Part shown: one piece after another, positions 12,566 through 24,245 of the stretch
Numbering within the stretch: position 1 is the first letter of the stretch
Layout of the letters: each line of letters opens with the position of its first letter
From: Camelus dromedarius
Taxonomy: Eukaryota
Assembly: GCF_036321535.1 (NCBI RefSeq)
Contig: NC_087437.1
Span: 114,764,001-114,828,000, forward strand
DNA: 64,000 bases
Reading direction: 5' to 3'
The notes under the pieces: model-generated
What the model was told of the DNA's origin: nothing
Databases searched by the model: none
What the model saw: only the letters and a program-made list of their open reading frames with translations
Program-made: the position numbers and the translations under genes

Positions 12566-13032
12566 GCTAGAAGTATCCTGGCACGAGGCAACAGGAAGGC
12601 GGGTGGGTGAGCATCAGGTGGTCCGGCCACAGGCAGTACCCCTTCTTGGCAGGTAGATGGGGACCTCTGACAGCAGAGCCCCAGCCCTTGGCTGGGGACT
12701 CAGGAGTAGGAAGGATTTTTATCTTTGAGAGAACTGGCAAATGAAGCTGGCACCCTCGTCCTAGAGGAATTGGGACGACAGAGGCAGGCACTTGGGTGAA
12801 AGGGAGCAAGCTGGGTGCTGGAACAAAGAAGGGACAGGGTGCAAATCCAGTCCCAGGGCAGTGGGGTGAGGCAGTGTGGTCTGTGAGCTGGCTGACGCCG
12901 AGGGGTCCCATGTGTGGTTAGGTGAGTAAAGCCTGGTTCCTCGGGGTTGAGAGTTAAATGCGTAACGTTTATAAAGTGTCAATACATGGTAGCAAAAACT
13001 ACTCCACACAGGTGTTCAAGAAATGTTGTTGA

Positions 13033-13158
13033 GGGGGAAGGGCACAGCTCAGTGGTAAAGCGCGTGCTTAGCATACATGAGGTCCTGGGTTCCATCCCCA
13101 GTACCTCCATCAAAAACAAATAAATAAAAACCCAATTACCTATATACCCTCCACAAAA
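13033..13158 (+). mobile_element. tRNA-Ala-derived SINE (Vic-1-like)
   Basis: GGGGGAAGGGCACAGCTCAGTGGTAAAGCGCGTGCTTAGCATACATGAGGTCCTGGGTTCCATCCCCAGTACCTCC followed by an A-rich tail. Confidence 0.88.
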
Positions 13159-13618
13159 TGTTTGAAAAGGTGATAGGATTTACTAGTTTAGTAATCAGCT
13201 GTTTTCTTTTTAAAAGGGGTTTGTTCCTTTGGAAATTCTAAATATATACACACAGATAACCAGCAAAGGGCTCCTAGTCCTTTTCCTGCCTTTTCCCAGT
13301 CTCAGTCCCAGTCCCAGTCCCCAGATGAAGCACTGCTGACAGACTGGTGTGTGTTGGTACGGAGGTTTGTTTGTTTAATAATCGCAGAACCGCACAGGCA
13401 CACACACACATAGAGCTTTCCTTATCAAAAATGGGTGATCAGTTCATGAGTGATCACTTTTGCAGTCTTGCGTGATTATTTGATTGGTAATAAATTTCAG
13501 TTTCACTTATTATGTTAGTAATAAATGATAACATGTAAAGAAAAAAAAAATAGGAATTGGTGAGCCTTTACTGTGAATGCAGAGACCTGGAATAATGTTT
13601 CAACTTCGTGCCCTTCAG

Positions 13619-13712
13619 GCGAGAAGTTACCGGATGTTCCATGACGACAGCATGAAGTCGTTCTTCCGCAGACTCAGCTTCACTCCGGATGGGTCTTTGC
13701 TGCTCACGCCAG
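13619..13712 (+). CDS. CHAF1B: CHAF1B coding exon 7
   Basis: [40 protein letters not shown]; 94 nt. Confidence 0.97.
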
Positions 13713-14990
13713 GTGTGTGGACAGAGCTTCTGATCTGAGGGCATGGTGGCAGCGGTGCCAATGTCTGTGCGCCTGGTTCTGCGATGCCCCCGTGGAAGGC
13801 TGTCTGGTAACCGCTAAGTGCACATGCCCTTCAGCCAGTCCACCCCTCACCTGAGATTCACTTCCTGAAGAAATTAAAACCTAGTACGAGAGTATATGTC
13901 CAAGGATGTTTATTGCAAGCATGTTCGTAGTTGTAAAAAAACAAAAACAAAAACAAAACAATCCTCAGTAACAAAGGATGGGTGAATCAGTTGTGGTATT
14001 TTCATGCTGGTGAGCATCAGGCAGCTACTAAAGAAAACACATTAGTGCCATACAAGTTAACTTTCACGAGTAGTTGACCGAGAAAAGCAAAATGAGCAGA
14101 AATAGAAATAATACCCCATTGTGTAAAACAGACTTAATAAACCCCATCGTGTGATTATATATGCGATTGAGTTATAACTGCTTATAACAATTATGTGAGC
14201 GCGGAGGAAATAAAAATGACCTAGTGGTTTGTCGAAATGGATGGCTTGGGGGTGTAAGGATGGGGTAAGGTGGGGAGGGGGTAGAAAGACCACTGGCGCT
14301 GTCTGCTGCCTGCGTAGCGGGTGTGAACTGGTTACGCGGAGATGATATATGTGTGTATGTATCAGGAAATGTTAACATAAGACAGGGAGATGTTCCCAAG
14401 AGCAACTGAGTGTGATGGTCATTCTCTGACAGGGTCTGACCCAGTTCTGAGTACAGCCTGGGGTGAGTGTGGAAGAGCTCTCAGTACAGGCTGCTCCCCA
14501 GGGTGAAAGCAGCTTCTGCTGGGGCTGGAAATGTCAGTAGAGGGCTGGTCTCCTGGCAGCCTCCAAACTCTAGCAGGCAGATGGGAAAAGGCCAGAATCA
14601 CAGGCTTTGGGTGGCAACTGAGGTCAGCATCCAGGGGACAGAGAGCTGGGGGTCTAACCACAGTGCCTCACCAGCAGAAATTGGCTGGATTCTCAGGTCA
14701 AGGTCCTCTGCGGCTGGGGCTCTGCTTCCTGCCCACGCCTGGAAGTGGCTCTGGGGCAGCCGAGCCCCTCGGGGAGGTGACATCAGGGGAGAAGACAGGT
14801 GGGTAGAACTCCGTAAGGGCTGAACCCACACAAGTGACGGTGCTGGTATTTGCTCTCAGTCACAAAAAGATTGTCCAGGAGATAATCTTTCAGGGAAAAT
14901 GTTTTACCAACCAGAACCGGATGCTCTTGGGTCTTTGCTGGTGAGCATTTAATAACGCCTGGCCTTGCCTTCCTCTCCCCGCTTCTCCAG

Positions 14991-15060
14991 CTGGATGTGT
15001 GGAGTCCGGTGAAAATGTAACCAATACAACATATGTTTTCTCCAGGAAAAATCTGAAAAG
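14991..15060 (+). CDS. CHAF1B: CHAF1B coding exon 8
   Basis: CAG|(A)GCVESGENVTNTTYVFSRKNLK(R)|GTATGC; 70 nt. Confidence 0.97.
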
Positions 15061-15160
15061 GTATGCAACTGAAGAAATGTTTGCAACGTTTACCCTTTGT
15101 TTTTGTTTTGCTTTTGTTGAGTGATGGTGCCTTTTTCTAAAACCACGGTTCATCTTCTAG

Positions 15161-15252
15161 ACCCGTTGCCCATCTTCCATGTCCTGGGAAGGCGACGCTG
15201 GCTGTCCGCTGCTGCCCAGTCTACTTCGAGCTGAGGCCGGTGGTGGAAGCAG
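15161..15252 (+). CDS. CHAF1B: CHAF1B coding exon 9
   Basis: [39 protein letters not shown]; 92 nt, after a 100-nt intron. Confidence 0.97.
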
Positions 15253-15529
15253 GTGCGTCAGAGCCGTGGGGTGTGTCATGTTCTCTGAGGCAGGTCACTG
15301 GGGGATGGGGGTTGGGGAGAAGTGATCAGGTGGGTTGGTTCAGTTCAGTCTTAAGAGCAAAGACTGATGTTATCAAACTACATGTCAGTTTTTTGCCTTG
15401 TCTAGACTATACTTTCTTTGCTTAAAGCTACTTTAAAGGAAAAGTACTAGTTTTGTTTCTCAACGGAAGCAGATTGAATGTCGCTCATTATCAGTTTCCT
15501 ATACGGTAAAATTATGAGCTGGATTTTTG

Positions 15530-16810
15530 TTTAACTTTTTTCCCTCCACTGGCTGCTTTTAAGATTTTTCTCTTTGTCGGTGGCTTTGAACAACATATCT
15601 GATATGTTGTGCCTTGCTGCAGTTTTCTTCATGTTTATTGTGCTTGAGGCTCATTGATCTTCTTAGATCTATGAGTTCATAGTTTTCATCAAATTTGGGG
15701 ATTTTCAGCAATTATTTCTTCAAATATTTTCTCTGTCATCCCGTCTCCTCTTCTTCAGGGACTCCAGCTACACATCTGTGAGGCTGTTTGAAGCTGCCCA
15801 TGGCTTACTGCTACTCTGTTTGCTTGTTTTCTTCCTCTCAGGGCTTTATTTTGGATAGTTTCCATCGCTATATTGTGAGTTCACAGATCTTTTCTTCTTG
15901 GTAACCTGCCCTGGGTGCCGTCCAGGTACTTTCTCTCTGTGACAGTGCAGTTTTCATCTCTGGAGTTCAGCTTGGGTCTTTCTTACATATCTCTGCTTAA
16001 CCCCTTCCGTCTTTCCTCTTGCTTCTTGAACACATGGTATACAGTTTTTGTATTAACTCTTTTAATGTCTTCATGTACAAAGGGTCAGTTCTTACTGATT
16101 TTTTTTCCTCCTCATTGTGGGTCACATTTTTCTGCTTCTTGGCATGCCTGGTTAATTTTTTGCTAGATGCCAGATACTGGATTTTACCTTAGTGGATGCT
16201 GGATATGTTTTCATTCTTATATTCTTGAGCTTTATTCTGGGATGCAGTGAAGTTACTTAGAAACATTTTGCGTCTTAGGGGTCTTGCTATTAAGCTCTGT
16301 CGGGTGGGATCACAGGGGCATTAGGTCTAGGGCTAATCTCCCTGCTACCAAGGCCAAGCCCTGTGAGTGCTCTAATCGATGCCTGTGAACAAGGAGATTT
16401 TCCACTCTGGCTGATTTCTGGCCTTGTGTGAGCTTCGGGGATGGCTCTTCCTTTCCCGTGGTTCTCACTTCGACCCTGGTCAATTCTTCCCACGCGTGCA
16501 CTGGTTAGCACTCAGTGGACGGCTCCAGAGGGCGCCAGCTCTCTGTCTCTGCTGCTCCACCCCGGGGGTTTCCAGCCTCCTGGCATCCCAGCTCAGGGCA
16601 TCTGCTGGGCGCCACCTGGCTTCCCTCCACCTTTGCTGGGACTGGAAACTCCAAGCATAAGCAGAGGAAAGCATAGGGCTCACCTCTCTTGCTTCCCATC
16701 TCTGAGGGATTGCTGTCCTCCATGACCTGATGGACAGTGTCTTAAAAAACCTTGTTTCATATATTTTGTCTGGTGTTTTAATTGATTCAGGTGAAGGGTT
16801 AGTCAGGTCC
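15530..16810 (-). mobile_element. Old degenerate LINE-1 (L1M-type) fragment in a CHAF1B intron
   Basis: Antisense L1-like text (gctgcttttaagattttttctctttgtc, tttcatcaaatttggggatttt, cttcagggactccag). Boundaries approximate. Confidence 0.6.
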
Positions 16811-17259
16811 CTGGCCGGATGCCGAAGCTGTTTTTAAGTTTCTCATCCTTTATGTGAATGACTGTAATCAACTTGACAGCATTAAAACATCACTTGATAA
16901 AATGTTTCTATGTGACTGATGTTTTCCTTATCAGGCAATGACCCCTCAGGGTGACCTGCTTCATTCACACATCTTTTCTCTCCTCTTCTTTTTGGACCTC
17001 AGGTGCCCATTGACTGTTGGATCATAACACAGTGTCCTCACTGGTTCATGCTTGGTTCTCCTCGATTCATATATTCCTATACAAAATCATTAAAAGAACT
17101 GAATTCTTTTGTAAAGCACATAGCAAACTAGTCTTTAGTAAAATTATGTCATTTATGTCCCCAGGGAAAAGGCTGGGGTGGGGGTAGAATTTGTTTTCTT
17201 TGGGAACGTGGCTTTTGCTTTACTTCCTCTGTCCCTGTTTTGCCTGTCACAAGAGCCAG

Positions 17260-17401
17260 GTGTGGAGCTGGTGAGCCTGCCCTACCGCGTGGTGTTTGCC
17301 GTGGCTTCCGAAGACTCTGTGCTTTTGTACGACACCCAGCAGCTGTTCCCATTTGGTTACGTGTCTAACATACATTACCACACCCTGAGTGATATTTCCT
17401 G
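17260..17401 (+). CDS. CHAF1B: CHAF1B coding exon 10
   Basis: CAG|(G)[46 protein letters not shown](W)|GTGAGT. An in-frame alternative acceptor exists at 17254. Confidence 0.93.
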
Positions 17402-18186
17402 GTGAGTGGCTGGTGGAGGGAAGGTGGATGGCGGGGTGCAGTGTACGTTGTCCTGGAGTAGCCCCTCAGGGCAGGGAGCATGTCATCCTGCAGTTGGCTC
17501 TTTTAGCCCTTATTTTACTTTTTTTTTTTTTAAAGAATCAACATTAAAAGGAAAGCCATTCCTAACTGCTGTAACACTGCTTCCTGTTGTGGGTGTTGGT
17601 GCCATTCAGACTGCCCCAGGGGGTTTATCTGCTTCTTATCAACCAAGGAAAAGTCCCCAGTGCAACCTGGTTATTTGGGGACTCGCCAGGCCCTCCGAGA
17701 GGAGGCCCAGGCCTGCGGGCCCTGCTGCACAGACGAGGAAAGGGGCCACTCTGCCCTCGCCTTTCTGCCTGGGGTCCTCAGCTCCCCTGGGCTCCCTGAT
17801 GCAGCCTCCCACTGCCTGCTCAGGCCCAGCCTGGGCCTGGCCACCCACCGTCTATTCCTTGCCTTTATAACTCTTTATCTTCTTCTAATTTTCTTTTTAT
17901 CTTGGATGGGGAGGGAAAAGCCATCCCAACTTTATTCTGGTGAATTCAGTGACAACGAAGAGAGGTTGGGTCCCTGAGAAACTCGAGGTGGGTTGGGAGG
18001 GGAAGGGTGTGAGGAGGGAGCTCACACAAACCCTTTTTCCATCATGTTTTTCCCCTTGACTCTGCCTTCAAACAGAGCTCATGATTTTGCTTGAACTTCT
18101 ATTTCCTAGCTAGTAACGAGAGAGCTGAGAGTGACCCGTGGACTTTGGTAACGTTTTTAACTCTTTCTTCTGTTTTGGGAACAAAG

Positions 18187-18618
18187 GTCCAGTGATGGGG
18201 CCTTCCTGGCCATTTCTTCCACGGATGGTTATTGTTCATTTGTGACGTTTGAGAAGGATGAGCTCGGAATACCCTTGAAGGAGAAACCGGTTTTGAGTGT
18301 GAGAACTCCTGATACAGCGAAGAAAACTAAGAGTCAGACACACCCTGGGTCTTCGCCAGGACCCAGACTGGTAGAGGGAACCCCCACCAGCAGAGCCCAA
18401 GACCCCAGCAGTCCCTGTGCAACGCCCCCTCAGACGAAACCGCCTCCGGCCCCCACGGCAGCCAAGGACACCCCTGCGACGACTCCTAGTGCCAGAGGCT
18501 TCCTGGCGGGGCCTTCAGAGGAGAAGACCCTGCAGCCCAGTGGACAGAATGTGAAGGCCCACCCGTCCCGGAGGATCACTCTGAACACCCTGCAGGCCTG
18601 GAGCAAGTCAACACCCCG
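18187..18618 (+). CDS. CHAF1B: CHAF1B coding exon 11 (last WD repeat, Pro/Ser/Thr-rich tail, first B-domain-like motif)
   Basis: [33 protein letters not shown]...[17 protein letters not shown](R)|GTGAGA; 432 nt. Confidence 0.97.
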
Positions 18619-20144
18619 GTGAGAACTTGGACAGAAAGAGAAGCTGTCCTTGCGGTCACAAAACAGACCACAGACTGAGAGCCCCCGCCCTTCAATAGGT
18701 GACGTTCCACACTCTGCCAGAGAGGCGTTTCCCAGCTTTGAATCTGAGAGCGCCCCCTCCCTGCTTACAGACCTCAGTTGTCTGCTTCCTCCCTGGCGGC
18801 TGAGTCCAGGCGCCTGCGCGCGGCCTGCAGGCGGGTCTGCGGCAGCCCGCCGTCCAGCACGGTCACCCCGCTATCTTCCTCCCTGTGCCTTCCTCTCCAG
18901 CCTGACCCGAAAGCCAGGTTGCCAGAGCACGCTCGGCCCTTGGAGGCCTCTGTGCCTTTCCCTTCCAGGGACATCCTGGACACCTGCTCCCCTGGTGACA
19001 CTCCTGAAAGGCCCATTTGGATGTCCCTTCAGCCCTTTTCTCTAGCACAACACATCACAGTCAACGGCAGATGTCTGATTTGTGCTTCTGTTTCCCGTTA
19101 GATTATAAGCCCCATGAGACAAGAGTATGTCTCCATTCTTTACCTGTGTTGTCTTGTCCAGAGCAGTGAGGGGCACTTTCCAGTGGGCAGGAAAGCAAAG
19201 GAACCCTTCCTCGAGGTGGTTTCAGCCACGTCCAGCAGACGGGCTCACGGTAAACAGTGGTCTGGTCTGAGCAGTCTCCAGGAGATGCTGCCTGTGTGTT
19301 CTTCCCCGCTCACGTCCATCTGGCCGGTAAACATGCCCGAGTTCGCGGCTGGTGCTGCAGACAGAGCTGCTCACCACGGTGCCCATCATCAAGCAGCAGT
19401 GAGCCTCCAGGTGTCCTTCCCTGGAAACCACCGACTCGGGATACGGCCTTCTCTGCCCGCCTCCCGCCACCTAGCCTGGGGAGGGGATGCGGCGGGAAGG
19501 GTGCGCGTGACAGACAGGAAGCGCTGTGTCTCTCCCGCCCTGTCAAAATCATGCAATTTCCTTGGCGGGCCCGTAGTACGGGTTAGGTCTAGTGTTTGGC
19601 TCTTTTTGAATCTTTCTTCAGACTAGCAATGTTTTTAAAAAAATTCTTTTTGTTTTTAGGTAGGGGAAGTAAATGGGAAGGTGTTCTTTGAAATATTTTT
19701 AGTATTAAAGTTTTTCCCCCTCTTAATTTCTTGTGATCTTCTTACAGTTATAATGTAAAAAAAATAGTGGTTAAAAGTAAAGACTGTGGACTTCAAAAAG
19801 AAACGTGTATGTTTTGGAGCTTTCCATGGTAGAAGCCATATCTGATAAGCTTATATATGAAGCCTTCAGCACAGTGTTCAGCGTATCATTGGTATGAACA
19901 AAACACAGGTTTTGAAACTTTTAGGTGACTGGTTAAGGTTTAAATTGACTACTATATATGTGATAGTTTAACTCAGTCCATGGTCCTTAGTTACTAAGTA
20001 AGTGGACAGATAAACACATTCAATGCCGTGTGTGGTATGATCAGCTGAAATTTTTAAAAATGTCACCTTTGGGTAGTTTTGAAATTTGATGTCATACACA
20101 ATTCCTTTGATACTAATGACCTTTTACTTCTTTTTTTAATCAAG

Positions 20145-20239
20145 GAGAATAAACTTAAAACCCTTAAAGACAGGTACTCCACCAAATTCTATACCAACCA
20201 CTATAATTTCCAGCCCTTCCACAGAAGAAAGTCAGTCAG
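20145..20239 (+). CDS. CHAF1B: CHAF1B coding exon 12
   Basis: Branch-like TACTAAT at 20111, then AAG|RINLKPLKTGTPPNSIPTTIISSPSTEESQS|GTAAGT; 95 nt. Confidence 0.95.
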
Positions 20240-20447
20240 GTAAGTGATATTGTTACTAGTTTAATATAATTAAAGATGGATTATCTTTCCTTTTGGAAAT
20301 TAACGCCACCTAACTTTAAGTCAGTTCTGAAGCAGCAAGGATGCATCTTTAAACTCACTGGCTGTCTCTGTATTCTCAGCAGGGAGACTCCTCCTCCCGC
20401 AGAAGCGCTCACTGTGAGGCAGATGGGGGGTTCAGGAGGTGGTGTAG

Positions 20448-20629
20448 CCCCGGTTCTCAGCCTTGGCATCGCTGGTGCCGTGGGTGGGTCGTTCCTTGTT
20501 GTGGTGCCGTCCTTTGAACATAGGATGCTGGTACCCATTCCCTACCCCAACTCATGACATTCTAAAATGTCACCAGACGCTGCCCACTGTCTCCCGGGAG
20601 GCACGGTTGCCCCTGGTTGAGAACCACTG
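20448..20629. mobile_element. MER20-like hAT DNA transposon relic
   Basis: Ends ..ggttctcagc and ggttgagaaccactg; internal aaatgtcaccagacgctgcccactgtctcc. Confidence 0.65.
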
Positions 20630-20771
20630 GTATAGATCCTTCCCCTTAGAGCCATGAAGGACCTGGCCAGGCAGTTCAGTTCCTTGTCTGGGCATGGAAT
20701 TTATTTTATAAACGTCAGCTCTTAAAGAAATCTTCACTCACTTGCCAATTTTGTGTGTGTTCATGTTTCAG

Positions 20772-20863
20772 AGACGCTTGGAGACCCTCAGGGCAGTCCC
20801 CCAGAACTGAAACGGCCCAGACTCAGTGAGCACAAAGAAGGTACCCAAGGTCTGGACCCTTGA
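20772..20863 (+). CDS. CHAF1B: CHAF1B last coding exon (stop)
   Basis: CAG|(E)TLGDPQGSPPELKRPRLSEHKEGTQGLDP*; TGA at 20861-20863. Total CDS 1680 nt = 559 aa; KRPR is NLS-like. Confidence 0.96.
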
Positions 20864-22797
20864 TGAGACTGGTCTTATGCCCAAAGGCTGCCAGATCTGG
20901 GGACCCCCGTGTGCCCAGGGAGGGGTGAGGCTGAAGACACCTGAGACCAGTGGCATCAGACGGAGCCTGACAGACCCTTGTAAAGTGATTTCTATAACAG
21001 AAGATACACGTGGACTGATTTCTCTAGAAATATGCTTGCTCTTGTATTCAAAATACATTTTTACCTCAGAGATGTGAACATTTTAATAGACTAAACGCTG
21101 TTTTTGACAAGTTTGTGGGACTGGAGCATCACCTAGTGTGAAAATCAGTAACTCCCCTTTGGAATGCTTGTATCAAAGTCCAGACACTTTACGGGTGGAC
21201 TCCTACAGCCGGAATTAGAGGAGAAAGTAATTTAAGAAGACTTATTCTGTTGAATTTTAGAGTGTTTGATTATTAGATCAATTTAGCTTCCAAACAGTTG
21301 ATTCCCTTTTACAAGTTTGTTGTATTCGCTTTCTGATTTTAAAGGTATAATGCTTATCCTAGAAAGTTAGTGAACTAGAGAGAAGTAGAAAAAACAGGAT
21401 GGAGGTGGGAAATCACCCATCATCTCCCCACCAGAAGGACCACTTGTGACTGTTTTGGCGTATTTCCTTCTTAAAATTTTTATTTTTTTTTTTTGTTATT
21501 TTTTGGTGTGGCTGGGGGAAGAGTTGGGATTTTACTTCAGATACAGTTTGGTCTCCAAACAGGTTAATTTTTCAGGTTGATTTTTCAAAGCCAAAGAAGT
21601 ACCCTTACTTAGCAGTTGATGCCTCTGCTCTCTCTGGTCCTTGGGACGATGGCACATTCCTTTCTGTCTTGGGAGTGGATGGAGCTTGTGGGCCGAGACG
21701 CGTGAGGTGCTGTCCCTGCAGCAGGAGGCACACGTTGGGAGTCGTCTCTGCGCGGGAGACGCTGGGTGATGGGCCAGGAGGGGGCGCCGGGCGGGACCCT
21801 GGAAGCCCCTGCGGCTGCCTCACAGGGCAGAGAGGTTGACAGCTGAGCGCTGGGTGCCGTCTCGCTGGCACAATGAACACGGTGAGTCACGCAGGTGAGG
21901 CCACACCCAGGGCCCCTCTCCGTCTGAACAAGATCAGAGAGTGAGTTCAGAACCGGCAGATCCAGGCTCTGACTTGAAGCCACTGAGGAGGGAAGAACGT
22001 GTTCGCAAGTCAGCAGCAAGGAAAGGAGCTGGAGAAAAGCATCACTTTGTTGCTTAATCCACAATCTACTTAACCAGAAAAAGTTTGCCTACCTTTACGT
22101 GGGAAAGTGGCAAACTGGGGACAACCTGACAACGTAGAGAGCTGGCCGGTGAGTGGATGCATGGTTGTAATAACGCAGGTGTGGGTCACCATCAACGTGA
22201 AGACAGTTAAAAATGTCCAGCAGCAGCTGTTGGACCAGTCGTTCTCAACCTTGAAGTCACGAAGAGCTGCCAAAAAGACCGACGCCTCCCGAGGGTCCTG
22301 CCTCCCGGGACCTGGCCTCCTCGGGCCGGGGCACGGTCTCAACCTCAGGATTCTTTAAGGCTCTTCGAGTGATCCTGCCGCTAAGCCAGGACTGGAGGGC
22401 AGAGTGGGGACGCTTCCCTGAGGCGGTCTCGGGGCTCAGCGCCTTTGCACTGAGCGCGTCTTCCTGCTCCTCTCTGGTTTGTCACTGATTGACAGAAAAA
22501 CGTCCTCACCAGGGCTGCTTGACTCAAAGGACAACGTGTAGGAGGTGCCATCAGCCCTCCAAAGGAAAAGGTCGTTTTAAATTTCCTGCAGCTGGAGCGA
22601 GGTGTGTCTGTAATGGTTGACCCCTGTGCAGATAGGAGTGACGTGGGTCCCCTGTCTTGGTGAGGGGGCCGCTTCCCCAGCCACACTCGGTGGAGGGGGG
22701 TCAGTTGGGGGGGGAGCACACCTTCAGCAGGAGCAGGTTTATAGGCACAGCTGCTTGTTTATCAGCTGTCACCTTGGCTGTAAATTATAGAATCAGT

Positions 22798-22803
22798 AAT
22801 AAA
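22798..22803 (+). terminator. CHAF1B: Candidate distal polyadenylation signal of CHAF1B
   Basis: First canonical AATAAA I noticed after the stop. Variant hexamers AATACA (21052) and AATAGA (21085) are closer. Confidence 0.45.
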
Positions 22804-24118
22804 AGCGCAGGTGATATCAGCTCAGTGTCCTGACCTGAAGCCCCCCCGCTTCTATCTGGGTAGCTACTGGGGAGGCCTGGGATGGGAGCCTGGCCTGAGG
22901 GTCGGGCAGTATTCCTTACCAGCAGTCGCTGTGCATAGAAACTTCCTTGCCATCCCGGGTCTCTAGTTGGATGGGGTTTTGTTTGTTTTTTTGCGCGGCA
23001 TCGCCAGGTGTCTCAGCATCTCTGCTGCCAGGTATGAATTCCTGCTGCTCGGTAGGGAGGACCGTGCGGAGATTGTGATGCGCGTTCGCTGGCGTCTGGG
23101 AGTGGGACAGTGGGGCTGCTGTGGCCCTGGCTGCGCATTGGCAGGAGGAAGGCAGAGGTGGAGGCTCTGCTCCACGCCGGGGGCACCGGGGCAGTTGGGG
23201 GCAGGGATGTGGTGCCTCAGGGCCCATGGTGGGTGACCAGGCCCGAGCCATTGGGAAAGGGGCCTCCTCAGGCGGGGTGTCCGCCACGGCAAGAGCCCTC
23301 CTGGGGAAAGACAGAAGGCGAGCAGGAGGGTAAGTCGATCCAGTCCTCCTTACTCATTTTTGTTCCGCTGTGGCCACCTCTGTTGTCCTTGCTGACAGTG
23401 CTCACTCCTGCGTTTTAATGGTGGTGTTGACCCTTCTTACCGAAATAATTATCAGTAGCCATTTAAATAGCGTAGGTCCCGAGTCCTTGTGGGGAGAATG
23501 CACTGGCCCACCCCCCTTTCCCAAGTGAACTCCCCACTTCTCCTGCCTCTTCCCTTTTGTGTTATTTTGCTCTATTTCAGTCTCAGCTCCCTGTCATCTG
23601 GGGTGGGGGGGGCAGTGTGTGTGTCTAACAGAGAGACAGGACCTTGGACAAACTTCTTCATCTGAAGAAGTTTCTTCACAGCTCTAAACACGTCAACTTC
23701 GCCTACTCTGTCAGAGGGCAGGGGTAAGAGAAAGGAAAGAGGACAGAAGGCAGAAACAGAATTAAATGGCTGGAGGGTAAACCAGGTCCCACACCTTCCC
23801 ACATAGTGAGGGGACAGGCACCTGTGCGCACACGCACTCTCATGGCCACTAGAGGTCACTGTCCCCACTGGATCTGCCCAGTGGTAGGGCTGCCTCAGCT
23901 TGGAGTCTCTGCTGCTGGCTTTGCCCCACCTCCCCCGAGAGGTCCACGTCCCTGTCAGGCTTGCACAGTAGCCTTGAATGCTGGCTCCGCCCCCAGTGGC
24001 CAGACATAGAGGGGGCATCATTGAACACATGAGGGTGGGAGGGGATTGTGAAAGTAGCACAAGTCCTCATCCGTTCACTAGTTCACCTGTTTATCATCAT
24101 TCAAGAAATGTTTATCAA

Positions 24119-24245
24119 GGGGGAGGGAATAGCTTAAGTGGTAGAGCGCATGCTTAGCACACACAAGGTCCTGGGTTCAATCCCCAGTACTTCCTCTAAA
24201 AAATAAATCAGTAAACCTAAATACCTTCCCCACTCAAAAAGGAAA
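24119..24245 (+). mobile_element. tRNA-Ala-derived SINE (Vic-1-like) with 16-bp TSD
   Basis: tRNA-like head and A-rich tail; TSD AAGAAATGTTTATCAA (24103-24118) / AAGAAATGTTTGTCAA (24246-24261). Confidence 0.92.

Noticed and set aside
24119..24195. tRNA-Ala(AGC)-like gene (also at 329-438, 13033-13158, 45833-45977)
   Set aside because: The copies carry A-rich tails, two have clear TSDs, and stems are mismatched. They are SINEs, not tRNA genes.
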